A stretch of 63,359 nt of DNA, filler included, from Octopus bimaculoides (lineage: Eukaryota), in assembly GCF_001194135.2 (NCBI RefSeq). It is 5 parts of 5 records of this genome, joined end to end, with 100 filler letters (N's around TTAATTAATTAA, not from the genome) between each part and the next. Parts side by side here need not be neighbours in the genome. Positions count along the whole stretch, not along the records: positions 1 to 25,045 come from NC_068988.1; 4 more parts are not named here. One strand, given 5' to 3'. Position numbers and translations under genes: made by a program. The notes under the pieces were generated by a model, which was not told where the DNA came from, ran no database searches, and saw only the letters and a list, made by a program, of their open reading frames with translations. Within the stretch, counting starts at the first letter, position 1. Every line of letters begins with the position of its first letter. Positions 1 to 11,485 of the stretch are shown in pieces.

Positions 1-33
<33 letters not shown>

Positions 34-174
34 TGCACACACACCACACAGATGGTTTGTTCATTTGATATATAGTACATTATTCTGGGCCAAATGAAAG
101 AGAAAAGTGTAATGAAGGAAAGACTAGAAGAACACTGTGACCAGTGATGTACAAGAAGTTCTGCTCATTTAGAT

Positions 175-345
175 TTAAGTTGGGGGACCTCATCTTGCAA
201 TTCATTTTGGACTGGTTTCTACAGCTGGATACCCAACCTAATACCAACCACTTTACAGAGTGTACTAGGTGCTTTTATCATAGCACCACTGCTAAAGAAG
301 TGTCTTGTCCTTCACAAGGTTGGAGGGTCATCACAACCTTTACGG
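175..345 (-). mobile_element. Decayed RTE-LINE 3' tail / RTE-tailed repeat
   Basis: TTTCTACAGCTGGATACCCAACCTAATACCAACCACTTTACAGAGTGTACTAGGTGCTTTTA (about 215-277) is the diverged reverse complement of the tail at about 21690-21750. Confidence 0.7.
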
Positions 346-516
346 AGTGTACAGAAGTGGCCATGTACTCTTAACAAGAGCAATAGTTTACAGAATATAT
401 ATATATTATATATGTATATATACATATATTATGTACATAATATATACTAGAATGAAAAATACAAGCTAGGGATAACAATATTTTAAAGTATGTAATAAAC
501 TTGGAAAAATACAGGA

Positions 517-703
517 CAAGAAGTAAGCCTAAAATAAAAGAAAAGTGCTTAAATTATTGCAGCTAAAATAAAATCTGAATAGGTTGCCAATTAAATAAAA
601 TATTCAAATAAACCAAACTATTCATTACTGATCAACCATCTTTCACCCAAGAAGTAAGCCTAAAATAAAAGAAAGAGCTTAAAATATTGCAGCTAAATAT
701 AAA
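517..703. repeat. About 56-bp direct repeat pair (517-572, 648-703)
   Basis: CAAGAAGTAAGCCTAAAATAAAAGAAA...GCTTAAA.TATTGCAGCTAAA occurs twice, 131 bp apart. Confidence 0.85.
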
Positions 704-1649
704 ATTCGATAAAAATAATCTGATGCTTTATCATAAATTCCCATGTACCAAACAAAAATTGTTTTAAGATTTTTGAAATAGAGATTCATTTTTGTTTATT
801 TATTATTAATACATTGTTATAAACATTATCCTTGTTTTCTTTCATTATGATTAACTCTATGACATCTACATTTATTTGAAGGAAACTTAGATTTACCTAA
901 CAGTAAAATGAACTGACAAACAGTTAAATAACTAAAAATTAAAATTTCAAAAGTTAAGTGAAATAATTTTGCTAAACATAAAATAAAGGAAACATTCAAT
1001 AACTTAAATAGACTTAAATTTTACTACAGTCAAACATTTAATTTGTTTACCTAATTTCCTTANNNNNNNNNNNNNNNNNNNNNNNNNNNNNNNNNNNNNN
1101 NNNNNNNNNNNNNNNNNNNNNNNNNNNNNNNNNNNNNNNNNNNNNNNNNNNNNNNNNNNNNNNNNNNNNNNNNNNNNNNNNNNNNNNNNNNNNNNNNNNN
1201 NNNNNNNNNNNNNNNNNNNNNNNNNNNNNNNNNNNNNNNNNNNNNNNNNNNNNNNNNNNNNNNNNNNNNNNNNNNNNNNNNNNNNNNNNNNNNNNNNNNN
1301 NNNNNNNNNNNNNNNNNNNNNNNNNNNNNNNNNNNNNNNNNNNNNNNNNNNNNNNNNNNNNNNNNNNNNNNNNNNNNNNNNNNNNNNNNNNNNNNNNNNN
1401 NNNNNNNNNNNNNNNNNNNNNNNNNNNNNNNNNNNNNNNNNNNNNNNNNNNNNNNNNNNNNNNNNNNNNNTGAAATATTAATTTTTTAAATTAATATTTA
1501 TCAGAAATGAAATTTTTTAAAAAGAGAGCAATAATAAAAAAAATTATAAAGCACTAACTATGAACTATGAGGAATCAAATGAATTAAGAGAGAAGGTCGA
1601 CTAAAATAACAAAACAATTATAGACTAGATTTTCTGTTTGCCTTGTATT

Positions 1650-2520
1650 GACAAGTTGTCATTTAAGTATCTTTGTAATTGCAAGACATATATTTACAAC
1701 TGACAATTAGTGGAAGCTGCATTGCTTTTTTTCTCTTTAATATATTTTTGGGGGATTAGCAAGAAAAGATATACCTGGTGGAGATCTTTCATTTGAACAC
1801 AAATAAAGTATAGTTTGCTTTTCAAATAGCTTGAGATATTTTGAGTCAATCTTAGGGTTTACCAGTTTTTTGGCAACTTAAAGCTGCATAACTAAACTTG
1901 CCATGTGTTCAATAGTAATATTTATAGTTTGCCCACACAGTAAAAAGTGCACCAAAATCATACCACCTATGCTTTAAACAGTCATGTGACCACAAATAAT
2001 TATCTTTTTCATTTTCACTTGCAAAAGAGTGGTGCTTGGATTTGCATCTTTTATACAGCATTCCTTTTATGTATGTTGTACTGTATAAACATCCCATTGG
2101 TTTTTTTTAATTTTGTTAGATATTTGCCTTTAATTCATCAATTTTCCAAGCCTCTTTCTTTAGTTTGCTAATTTCTTGGGGATTTTTTTGTTTTTTGTAA
2201 TATATTCAAATTAATTTCCTGGATTAGCTGAAATTTACTTCCTGATAGTTGACTGTTGTCACTATTCAGCAGGAATACTTTCTCTTTTAGTTTCCCATTT
2301 TACTTCATTAAAAGGTCTATTTTCTAGTTCAAGTCTTTTCCTATCACATCCCTGCAACTGCTGTGAAAGCTTTTCTTTGACTTTGTGGAATGATTTGGCC
2401 TCCTCTACAAAGTTTTGACAAACATTTTGCAATTTTGACTCAACATTTTTTTTATCTCACAAACATCTTTCCATATTGACTTCTCTTTCAGAAAATTCCA
2501 TTTCTTTACACTCTGCTGGC
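1650..2520 (-). pseudogene. Decayed, unidentified coiled-coil-rich ORF directly downstream of the retropepsin
   Basis: Hand translation gives stop-interrupted open stretches: AECKEMEFSEREVNMERCL*DKKNVESKLQNVCQNFVEEAKSFHKVKEKLSQQLQGCDRKRLELEN, QEISKLKKEAWKIDELKANI, VAKKLVNPKIDSKYLKLFEKQTILYLCSNERSPPG. Confidence 0.35.
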
Positions 2521-2537
2521 ACCATCCTCCAAGCTGG

Positions 2538-3715
2538 TTACTTGATTGGGCGATGATCTCCTGGGTCAGTATGGTGCTTCACACTACATTGGAGCAGTAG
2601 TTCTGATTTCAGTGGGATCACTATCATCTGAAACACTTTCACTTCACCACCAGCAATAGTCTGCTTTACCACCTTGACACAGATTAAACTTCCTTTCACC
2701 CAAAGCTTCATAGAACAGAAGTCCAGTTGACACCCCATAGATACCAAGTAGTCCAGACCTAAGAGACAAGGATACTCAATCTTCACGTAGACTGAAAGCA
2801 CAACCTTTTGTTCTGCAACTTCAGTCAGAACATCGACTGGTCCTCTCAGTTCAGTATAATGCCCGGTAACACCACACAAACTGCCTTGATGACTCTGGAA
2901 GGTCTTGATGCTCACAAAAGTCTGCTCTGAGGCTGAATCAATCACAAGGCAACACTTCTGGTTGTCAATTCTACCATCGTGGCATTCTGGTTGTCAATTC
3001 TACCATCCACTTGTATGCTGTCAATTACAGTCTTTTACATCTACTCAGGATTAGGGCTTCTTTGGAATATTCTGCTGGTGGTTGCCCCTTAACACCTGCC
3101 CCTTCTAGTTTTCCAACTCTCCATTGTCTTTTGTTGTCTTTTTACTGTCCTTCTTTCGAGTAGGGCAGTCAAAACTGAGATGTCCCTTTTCACCACATGT
3201 CCAGCACTCTCTCCTAAGTGTGAAACTTTTACTACCATCCTGCCTTTCAAGCTGTAATAATCTTGTATCTTGTATCCTGGCTACCCACAGTGCCAACAAT
3301 TTATTCCAATCATCTCTTTTTCTTTCTTTTTCAAACAGCTTTCTCTTTTATGTCCGACCTTCTCGCAGTACCAACAGTTTTCACTAAATTTTCCTGCTTC
3401 ACGTACTTGTCCCTTCCTTGCTATGAATATGGAACTGTAGTCCACCTGGAATCTTCCTGTGCTAGATGTTACATATGACTCAAATTCTAAAAGTCTAGCC
3501 AATGCCTCTTGCATAGTATTTAGCTGTCCTTGTATCACTTAAACTTTGAGCTCTGCACTGCCCAAAGTGTCGATAAACTGCTCTTTCAGAAGAGCCAAAA
3601 GTTCTTAGGCAAGCTGTTGTAGTAATTCTCTTCTAGCCCTTACACAAGTCTGAAATCATATCCTGTACACTTCACTCAGACACAGTGCCATATCTTCTCT
3701 CTAAAAACATAGTTT
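2538..3715 (-). mobile_element. Ty3/Gypsy-like LTR retrotransposon gag + aspartic protease relic
   Basis: Gag motif EQFIDTLGSAELKV...EALARLLEFES; three CCHC knuckles (CWYCEKVGHKRESC, degenerate CWHCG*PGYKIQDY, CWTCGEKGHLSFDC); retropepsin LVIDSASEQTFV and LLGLDYL; stops and frameshifts; no RT or LTR seen. Confidence 0.9.
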
Positions 3716-4029
3716 CGTTTAGAAATACCTAAGATATTTTAAGTCAAAATCAATTTTAGGAGTTACTCACCAAACTTTTGGCTACTTAAAACTGAATAAC
3801 TTTTTTCTATCTATTATATTTTGGCGAGATCTTCACCAAAAGATTCTACTCGTTGAGTTCTTTTAAACAGTCATAATTAAAGTATAGTTTTTCTGTTAAA
3901 TAACTGAGAAATTACAAGTCAAAGTAAATATTAGGCATTACTCTCCCATTTTTGGCCCTACATTTTTTATTGTAATGTTTTTTTCTACTGAACCGAATTT
4001 CGATTATTTTATGTCAAAATGTAGCTTAC

Positions 4030-4064
4030 CACTGGTCCATCATAGTAGTAAAGCGTCAAATTGT
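4030..4064 (-). CDS. Candidate 35-nt internal exon of an unidentified host gene (xNLTLYYYDGPV, phase 1 to 0)
   Basis: Acceptor CTTTTACTCACTTGCAG and donor GTG|GTAAGC; only one frame is open. Confidence 0.35.
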
Positions 4065-4339
4065 CTGCAAGTGAGTAAAAGTTGACCTAAAGGATATTAT
4101 TCACACACAGCTATGTGTGAATGATATGAAATGCAAATAGTATATACATTACCTATTTTATATATACATATATTACATATACGCATATTCATGGCTGGCT
4201 TATATAACATAGAATGTATATACACTGAATTTAGTTTTAACCATATTAAGGAGTGGTACAGTGGTGGGTTTTTGGTGAGTAAGATTGAGTTCTGTCTAGC
4301 ATTCCTAAATTAGAGATGAGTTCATAATGTGCATTATTA

Positions 4340-4827
4340 ATTTCTGTCAAGGCACTGTCTTGGCATGCCTGTAGTTAGCATTCAGTTCTTTACTCATTAT
4401 ATCATGGTAAAGGTCCCATGGATTAAATGTTTCCTGTTTTATCAGACAGGATATGTAGATCTGATGTAGACTGTAATCCTGATATTTTTCTGCCATTTCT
4501 TCCTGGAAGGAGTTAGTATAATGAGAAGGCTTCAGGCTCTTCACCATGTTCATCAAGTACTTCTCGAACTTAGTCAGTGTAGGGTTGAGCTGTGGGTTTT
4601 TATAGAATTTAAGATTGTAAAAGTCCTCCTTTGTAGCATTTATATGAGTATCATTAATGTGGCATTCGCTCTTATCGGTCCTCATTTCTACGTTTATCAA
4701 AGAAGAAAGCTCTCCATCTGAGCCTATTAATGTTTTCAGTCGTCTTGTGCAGGAGAGATTCCATATATTTATCCTGAAAAGGAATTGGTATGTTTTTAGT
4801 TGAGATGCCCAAAAATTGATTTTTCAT
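4340..4827 (-). mobile_element. PLE ORF N-terminus (decayed)
   Basis: MKNQFLGISTKNIPIPFQDKYMESLLHKTTENINRLRWRAFFF then KFEKYLMNMVKSLK...NSFQEEM; resembles the NIPIP...RMRWKAxFF start of Penelope-type ORFs; ATG is about 40 nt from the pseudo-LTR copy. Confidence 0.8.
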
Positions 4828-4867
4828 TTTGTATAGTCTATATGTAGTGCTCCTAAGAGCTATTTTT

Positions 4868-5537
4868 ATATTATCAAGTATGTCATAAGAAAGTATGGGC
4901 TATTTATGGAATGCTCATAGAGAGCCAATGCAAAAAAATACAAAGTAGTGGAAATTGAAAGCACAAATTATAGGCAGTCAAACAGATTCCCGAACACATA
5001 AATGAAGATATTCAATCAAAGTAATTGAATCATATATATTTATACACATCAACATAAATCATGCATGTACAGGCATAAAGATTTTCCAAGAATATAAAGA
5101 ATAAAACCAAACATTCATAAAAATATAGAAGAAATATATAAACATATAAAAATACATATAAAATTACATATAAATAAAGATTACATGTAAAGAGTTATGT
5201 GTGATAAATATAGGAGGTGCAAAATAAATGAGTGGTTGATAAATATAGGAATAAAAACATCAACCTTCTAAATGGCAAACCACCTAAATTGTCTAAAAAT
5301 TCCTCATACATCTAGAATATAAGATAGAAATTATGCAAGATATCAACGTTAAGAAAAATAGATAAAATACAATCCGAAAATAGGAGGGTGTTCCATCTAC
5401 AGCTGTTTCAGGAGTACGTTACCAGTCATGGTTAAAAATTAAATACTCCATATATGCAATGTCCCCATCATCAGAATGATGTCCGCCTTGGTGGCTGCCA
5501 TCATACTAATAAAGCAGAATCAAGAGCTCCTAATAAA
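4868..5537 (-). mobile_element. PLE pseudo-LTR copy 1 (inverted relative to 7082-7693)
   Basis: Aligns by eye as the reverse complement of 7082-7693 over about 600 bp; contains an HHR motif. Confidence 0.85.
5394..5478 (-). ncRNA. Minimal type-I hammerhead ribozyme motif
   Basis: CAUU-CUGAUGA-U-GGGGACAUU...AACGUACUCC-U-GAAAC-AGCU-GUA-GAUG: core boxes, stem II, one C-G pair closing a palindromic tetraloop, GUA triplet, stem I CAUU/GAUG. Confidence 0.8.
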
Positions 5538-6523
5538 CCCATTATTATAAACTATATAAATCCTATATTAATTCTTTATATTATAAAAATAGTATTAGAT
5601 ATATTAGCTTAAATTTTAAATTTCAAAATAATTTTTAAAATAATTCAAAATAGTTTCTTGAGCCCAATATATATAAAATTCTTAAACTTCACACCTAATC
5701 TATGGCTTTTGAATTCAAAATTGACACTACTTCTGGGTTTTTGTATGAACTAATTACATCTTTATTATTAACATAATAATTAGGCTAATATTGATATCTA
5801 TAAGTTTTCCATACTTAGTATATGTAAAACAATACTGATGCTTTATTCAGAATAAAGAAAAAGCCCTGTTGACCTAGATGCTTAATGTTAAATTCCCCAA
5901 CATTATGATAGTAGTAAAAAAAACCCAACCTAAAATTGTGCTGCCACTCTGACCAGAGAAATCTTTATAACCATTTCCATGTATAATGCTTACACCTTCC
6001 CTTTCTTTAAAAGTGAAAGGTTGATTGCCCCCTTATACTTCGAACCACTAGATAAGAGATAAAATCAGAGACAGTCAGAATTCTACCTAGAATTAATTAC
6101 TAGCCTGCTAGCCTTGGCTATGTCAAGATTGATTTTTATGTATTCTTCTACCCACTTAGATTTTAAATGTTGTCACAATAGTAATATGTTCATTCTGCTG
6201 TAATTTTCTATATTCTTGTGCTTCTGAAGATTGCTCTGCATTTTGCATTTAATGTAATGCTTGCATTACTTAAATAAATAGAGTAGCATGAAATGTCCGT
6301 ACTGCAATAACCTTTAAAATCCGTGCTGCTTTTTTTATTTTTGATCACCTTATTTTTGGAATTATTTGGGTAATACCATACTATATTCTGGTGCCTAAAC
6401 TTAAGTACTACATTCAATTTTGAATCTAAATCTTTATATATATNNNNNNNNNNNNNNNNNNNNNNNNNNNNNNNNNNNNNNNNNNNNNNNNNNNNNNNNN
6501 NNNNNNNNNNNNNNNNNNNNNNN

Positions 6524-6558
<35 letters not shown>

Positions 6559-6562
6559 GTAT

Positions 6563-6778
6563 GTGTGTGTATATGTTTGTGTGTCTGTGTTTGTCCCTCA
6601 ACATCGCTTTACAACCAATGCTGGTGTGTTTATGTCACCGTCACCTAATGGTTCGGCAAAAGAGACCAATAAAATAAGTACTAGGCTTACAAAGAATAAG
6701 TCCTGGAGTCGATTTCTTCGACTAAAGGCGGTCAAATGACTGAAACAAGTAAAAGAGTAAAGAGAAAGAGTAATAGTA
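6563..6778 (+). mobile_element. Octopus-type SINE 3' half
   Basis: GTGTTTGTCCC...GGTTCGGCAAAAGAGACC...AAGAATAAGTCCTGG...GACTGAAACAAGTAAAAGAG, shared with many copies in the window. Confidence 0.85.
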
Positions 6779-6779
6779 A

Positions 6780-6965
6780 CCTGCCTTATGGCCTGACATG
6801 GTCCATGATTGTGAGGGCTCCCCCATATGGTAATGGTTCTGATAGATGTACATTGTGTGTAAGGGAATCATATATAATCCTTAAATTATATAATGCTATT
6901 TTGTTAAAAGTTTTCAGAATCGATCTCCTCCTGTAGCCATAAATTTCCCTCTACATTTCTAAAAA
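6780..6965 (+). mobile_element. PLE GIY-YIG domain C-terminal fragment
   Basis: LPYGLTWSMIVRAPPYGNGSDRCTLCVRESYIIL parallels YVIKWKVTEKSIPYVNGSNKCRLCLAE at 17.1 kb. Confidence 0.75.
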
Positions 6966-7081
6966 CCTATAAAATGAGATCTACTAGAATAATGTTTGTA
7001 GTAATAATTATGATTCTCCAGTATTTGGATTCTTCCACTCATAGCAAATGTGATCATTTGCATACAAGCTGTAAATCATTT

Positions 7082-7693
7082 TATTAAGAACTCTTGATTC
7101 TGCTTTATTAGTATGATGTCAGCCACCAAGGCGGACATCATCCTGATGATGGGGACATTGCATATATGGAGTATTTAATTTTTAACCATGACCGGTGATG
7201 TACCCCTGAAAATGGCCATAGATGGAACACCCTCCTATTTTTGAATCATATTTTATCTATTATTCTTAACGTTGATATCTTGCGTAATTTCTCTTTTATA
7301 TCCTAGATGTATAAGGAATTTTTAGATGATTTAGGCGGTTTGCCATTTTCAAGGTTGACGTTTTTATTCTTATATTTATCACACATAACTCTTAACATGT
7401 AATCTTTATTTATATGTAATTTTACATTTACTTTTATATGTTTTTATATTTCTTCTATATTTGTATGTATGTTTGGTTTTATTCTTTGCTCCCTTTGAGA
7501 ATCTTTACGCCTGTACATGCATGATTTATGTTGGTGTGTATAAATATATATATTTCAATTACATTGATTGAATATTTTCATTTATACATTCAAGAATGCG
7601 TTTTCAATTTCCTCTAATCTGTTTTTTTTTTTGCATTGGTTCTCTATGAGCACTCCGTAAACAGCCAATACTTTCTATAACATACTTAATATT
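7082..7693 (+). mobile_element. PLE pseudo-LTR copy 2
   Basis: Reverse complement of 4868-5537; lies downstream of a PLE C-terminus. Confidence 0.85.
7139..7224 (+). ncRNA. Minimal type-I hammerhead motif (decayed stem III)
   Basis: CAUC-CUGAUGA-U-GGGGACAU...AUGUACCCC-U-GAAAA-U-GGCC-A-UA-GAUG. Confidence 0.7.
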
Positions 7694-7794
7694 ATATACA
7701 CACACACACACACATATGCGCACACACGCACACACACACACACATACACATACACATATTGTTTACTGATACATTATAGGAAAGATCAGCAACA

Positions 7795-8235
7795 AAAGAG
7801 CCACTCCTAGTTGTAACTATCAAGGCACTGAAGCTTGCCTGCACCATCAAGCACATTTTTGAAGCCCAAGTTATAGCAGTGCTCCAACACCAAGTAATTG
7901 AGAAAAAAAATTAAGTCAATTTATGTCAAGACAATTTTAAAAGTTGTTATGCAATCCATCAGTCTTCTTTCTGATACATTGATGAAAATAAAGCCATATA
8001 TGGGATCTGAAGACCAACTGCATACCACATACAATCAAGTGGAGATATCTATGCCATATATAAATGGATTGAAGAGATGCAAGTTATGAGTAACTGAAAG
8101 ATTGCACTTTCTTTTTAGATTCAAGAATTCTACCACAGTACTTAATTCCAGATTTGAAATTTTTAGTAAATGCGAGCACATGGACAAGTTTCTTTTCTTG
8201 AACTGGAGGACACCAACCTCTCTGGGTTGAGTAGC
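7795..8235 (+). mobile_element. PLE GIY-YIG fragment (decayed)
   Basis: PSCNYQGTEACL, SMPYINGLKRCKL, TERLHFLFRFKNSTTVLNSRFEIFSKCEHMDKFLF. Confidence 0.8.
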
Positions 8236-8554
8236 TATCTCATAGTCTTTGATCTCTTTTCCATCATATTATTCTCCACCAACTACATTAGTTATGATTT
8301 CTATAGACAAAGGGGATAAAGATCTTTGTTTTTTACTTTTCTTTCTTCTCATTCTACTTTTTGCATAAACTCTCTTCACACTTTTTTCTCGTGTTTTTTC
8401 ACAGACCAGCATCCTGGTTTTCAAATACACCTAACTGTATGTGCTGAGCTTGAAAGATTCTTTGGAGATGTATGGCAGGTTATATAAATCTGCCAAATTA
8501 TTGTATCTCAACAGTATGAACTTCTCTTTTAAATGGTGTATATTAAATGATATA

Positions 8555-9088
8555 TGAGGGGGTGCTGAAAAGTTCCTGACTTTGGGTAAATGAAAATACA
8601 GGAAGATTAGTTACCCTGTGTGCATATATGAAAGCAGGGTATTGTAGCCACTCTGTCTTGTTTGTCTGTGCATTTGCAAAATTATTGGAAAACAGGTGAA
8701 TGGATTTTCACTAAATTTGGCAGAAATACATGATTGGGTAAGTGGCTCAAACTCATTAAATTTTGGTTTGGTGAATCAAAATGCATTTTTTTTTTTGTTA
8801 CATATGCATAAATGATAAGCAAGGGAAATAACTCTTGATGTCATTTTGCTGAAATATGAATTTGTCTTAGATTATTGAATTAAATTTTATTTTATCCTTG
8901 TGTGCGCGCAGTGTATTCATCTGGTGCCTTTTTCTTTCATTAATTATGATTTAATTCAACATATTCCTCTGTGAGATTCACACAGTCCTTCAGTTTTTCT
9001 AAACCCTGCAAAAGAACTCAGAAAGTTGGATCACCAACCAGGCCTTTCACGATACTTTTAAAGCCAGGAATTTTTCAGTACCCCCTCC
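8555..9088. mobile_element. Mariner-type MITE / internally deleted copy
   Basis: TIRs TGAGGGGGTGCTGAAAAGTTCCTGACTTT and AAAGCCAGGAATTTTTCAGTACCCCCTCC, flanked by TA. Confidence 0.85.
8612..8940 (+). mobile_element. Insert within the MITE, DINE-1/HINE-like non-autonomous element (tentative)
   Basis: 5' palindrome TACCCTG...CAGGGTA, short TGTC-type repeat tract, TGGATTTTCACTAAATTTGGC motif; inserted at a TTA site. Confidence 0.4.
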
Positions 9089-9100
9089 TATATACACATA

Positions 9101-9430
9101 CAAGGTGGTATAAAAAAGTTCCTGGACTAGTTCTGTAGTGCACCAACAGTGGTAGCACATGGTTGCGTGCATAGTGAGAGCTAGCAGTGACCTTCATGAG
9201 GCAGTGCGCTGAGTGACATCACTGTTTTTACTTAGCAAGTTGTGAAATTTGTGTTTTTGTGATCACACTGTAGTCTGCAATTTTTGTCATGGACAGAAAG
9301 TTGGAAGAAAAAGCCAACGTGAAATTTTGCATTAAACTTGAGAAGTCTGCTATAGAGATATTGAGCATGTTTCAGCAATAAGGCAATGGGTTATACTCAA
9401 TGTTTCGAGCGGCATGGGTGCATCAAAGGC
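9101..9430 (+). mobile_element. Mariner 5' end with transposase N-terminus
   Basis: TIR-like CAAGGTGGTATAAAAAAGTTCCTGGA after TA; MDRKLEEKANVKFCIKLEKSAIEILSMF...TQCFERH. Confidence 0.8.
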
Positions 9431-10023
9431 ATGATAGTCTTAATAAACCTTTATCGGCGGTGATATGACATCATGGTCATGTTGGCCGAATAGGTATAAT
9501 TATCAGTTTCCCTTTGGTTAAAATTACTGCTCATATTTGAATTCTAACTTTCGTCAAAGAGAAATATTTCACGAAATACGGTTCTTGGAATTCAGATATC
9601 AGCAGTTATAAAAACCCAGATTTTGGGGAAATAAATCAGTTGTCCACTTGATTCCACGACACTCACTTTCCTGAGATTTGGTTATTACAATGCTAAGTCT
9701 TTTGTCTAATTCAACAATGTTATTTTGAATTGTTGTTTAAAATTATTTCTAGCTTAGTTATGAAAGATTAGTTAATATAGTTTTTATGTCATAAATTTTC
9801 TACAACAGTCTTCTTTTGACTTCTCTTATAAAAATATATTGTAAATATTAAATGTACGTAAATAAATTAATCTAGTAAATGATTTCTTTATCTTCATTTC
9901 TTCAAACTGTTGATGAAATCTATTCCTGTAACAATTGAAACTGTTATTATAGTGGTGAAAAAGAGTGAGCTTATTTATATTCAAAATATATGTACATTCA
10001 GCATCCTGGTGTATGTAACTCAC

Positions 10024-10118
10024 CACAGTGTTTATGTAGTTTGAGCTAGAATTTATGTATGGTAATAAAATACATATAATTAAGTTGTAAATGACAGATT
10101 TATCACCACAGATTCCTA
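10024..10118 (-). CDS. Candidate host exon: 95 nt (GICGDKSVIYNLIICILLPYINSSSNYINTV) or 22-nt form 10024-10045 (LKLHKHC)
   Basis: Donor GTG|GTGAGT; alternative acceptors ATATTTCTTTAG (10119) and ATAAATTCTAG (10046). Confidence 0.35.
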
Positions 10119-10188
10119 CTAAAGAAATATTTTTATTCATTATATTTTCAAATCGAACACGTTATAAACAGATTAAATAAATTATCTA

Positions 10189-11372
10189 TCAGGTCATTCC
10201 AAAAGTTCTGTCCGAATTTTGAATAAAGAAAACAAGTGATCAAATGTTATATTTAATTGAAATTTAATCATCAATGTACTTTCCCTGATTATCTATGACT
10301 TCCTTCCATCTATTTACAAGCTTTTTAATCCCATCAATGTTCAACTCTTGGTTTCAAAGCAAAGAACTCTGAAATGTCAGTTTCGACCTCCTCCTGGTTT
10401 GCAAAAGTTATGTCCCCCAAATGATTCTGTAAACTACGAAACAAATGGTAGTCTGAAGGAGCAAGGTCTGGAGAATAAGGTGGATGAGGAATTTTTTCCC
10501 AACCAAGCTCTTCGATCTTCTGTGATCTTTGCAGTGTGGGGTCGCACATTGTCCTGATGGAACATCATTCGATTCACTAAAGCGGGTCTTTTTTTCTTCA
10601 AAGCTTCGTTCAAACGCTCTAATTGCTGACAGTAGACTTAAGCATTGATTGTTGCATTAGGTGGTAACAATTCAAAGTGAATTACTCTTTTGCCGTCCCA
10701 CCAGATAGAGAGAAGAACCTTTTTCCCATGAAGTTCCCTTCTCAGTTGTGGTCGAGCTTTTTCCCTTTTACCAAACCACTGTTTACGAGGTTTAACATTT
10801 CGAGAGAAGATCCATTTTTCGTCACCAGTCACAAGTCTATCCAAAAAGGGTGTATAATGGGAGGCAAGGTTCTTGATATCGGCTGAATATCACCTTCTCC
10901 CATTAATTTCTTGTTCTTTGTGTTGTGTTGTTTTAGACTCCAGCAGTCGGGGAAAGAAGTCTTAGGCAAAACATAGGTTCTCAATCAGTTTTATTTACAA
11001 TATACAAGGGTTGAAGTGCATTGCTCTCTGCAGCCATCTCAAGTGGTGTAAGTTCATCATTCTTCGTTACGCGGGCCCATTGCCTCAGGAGATACGACAA
11101 GCAGATTAGCCTAGAGGCCCAGCCAGTGAAGTATGTTCTGCAAGTGCTTGCAGTGAAAAGAGAGATAGAATGGATGCAGGAGAGGTCTCGCTCCAGTCTC
11201 AGAGATGGTAATGGTTGCCATGAGGTCTCATCCAATATGACGCTGACTGCTTGTGCCGCTACAGATGTAAACTCGGGATTTGTGGTTGCTTTCGGATAAT
11301 TCATGAGGCACCTGTTTTCCAAGTTTAGAAACCTTTCCAAATTGTTGAAGATGATGATGAACAGTTGTATGG
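10189..11372 (-). mobile_element. Mariner transposase pseudogene, family A, interrupted by insert 10870-11254
   Basis: GKVSKLGKQVPHELSESN, DRLVTGDEKW, HPPYSPDLAPSDYHLFRSL; TIR TCAGGTCATTCCAAAAGTTCTGTCCG next to TA. Confidence 0.92.
10870..11254 (-). mobile_element. 385-bp insert of uncertain class (possibly L1/Tx1-like 3' end)
   Basis: Removing it restores mariner ICSG|LAS...PFLDRLV; about 90 open codons; AATAAA; terminal hairpin GATAT...ATATC. Confidence 0.4.
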
Positions 11373-11485
11373 TCATCCAGCTGTAGAAACATTGCCAGAT
11401 TAGATTGCAGCCCACTGGCTCTCCAGACCTCAGTCCAACCCAAGCCAGCATGGAAAGCGGACATTAAACGATGATGATGATGATA
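11372..11485 (+). mobile_element. RTE-LINE extreme 3' tail
   Basis: CATCCAGCTGTAGAAAC...GCATGGAAAGCGGACATTAAAC(GAT)n, same as the tails at 18.4 and 21.8 kb. Confidence 0.85.

Noticed and set aside
1775-1876. 102-nt symmetric minus-strand exon
   Set aside because: Poor acceptor (TAAG) and it is part of the longer decayed ORF at 1650-2520
5760-6420. Possible PLE RT remnant between the pseudo-LTRs
   Set aside because: No diagnostic motif could be read
8405-8478. Strong plus-strand acceptor and open peptide DQHPGFQIHLTVCAELERFFGDVWQ
   Set aside because: Weak donor (GTTATA) and the 3' part resembles an old LINE tail; unresolved rather than disproved
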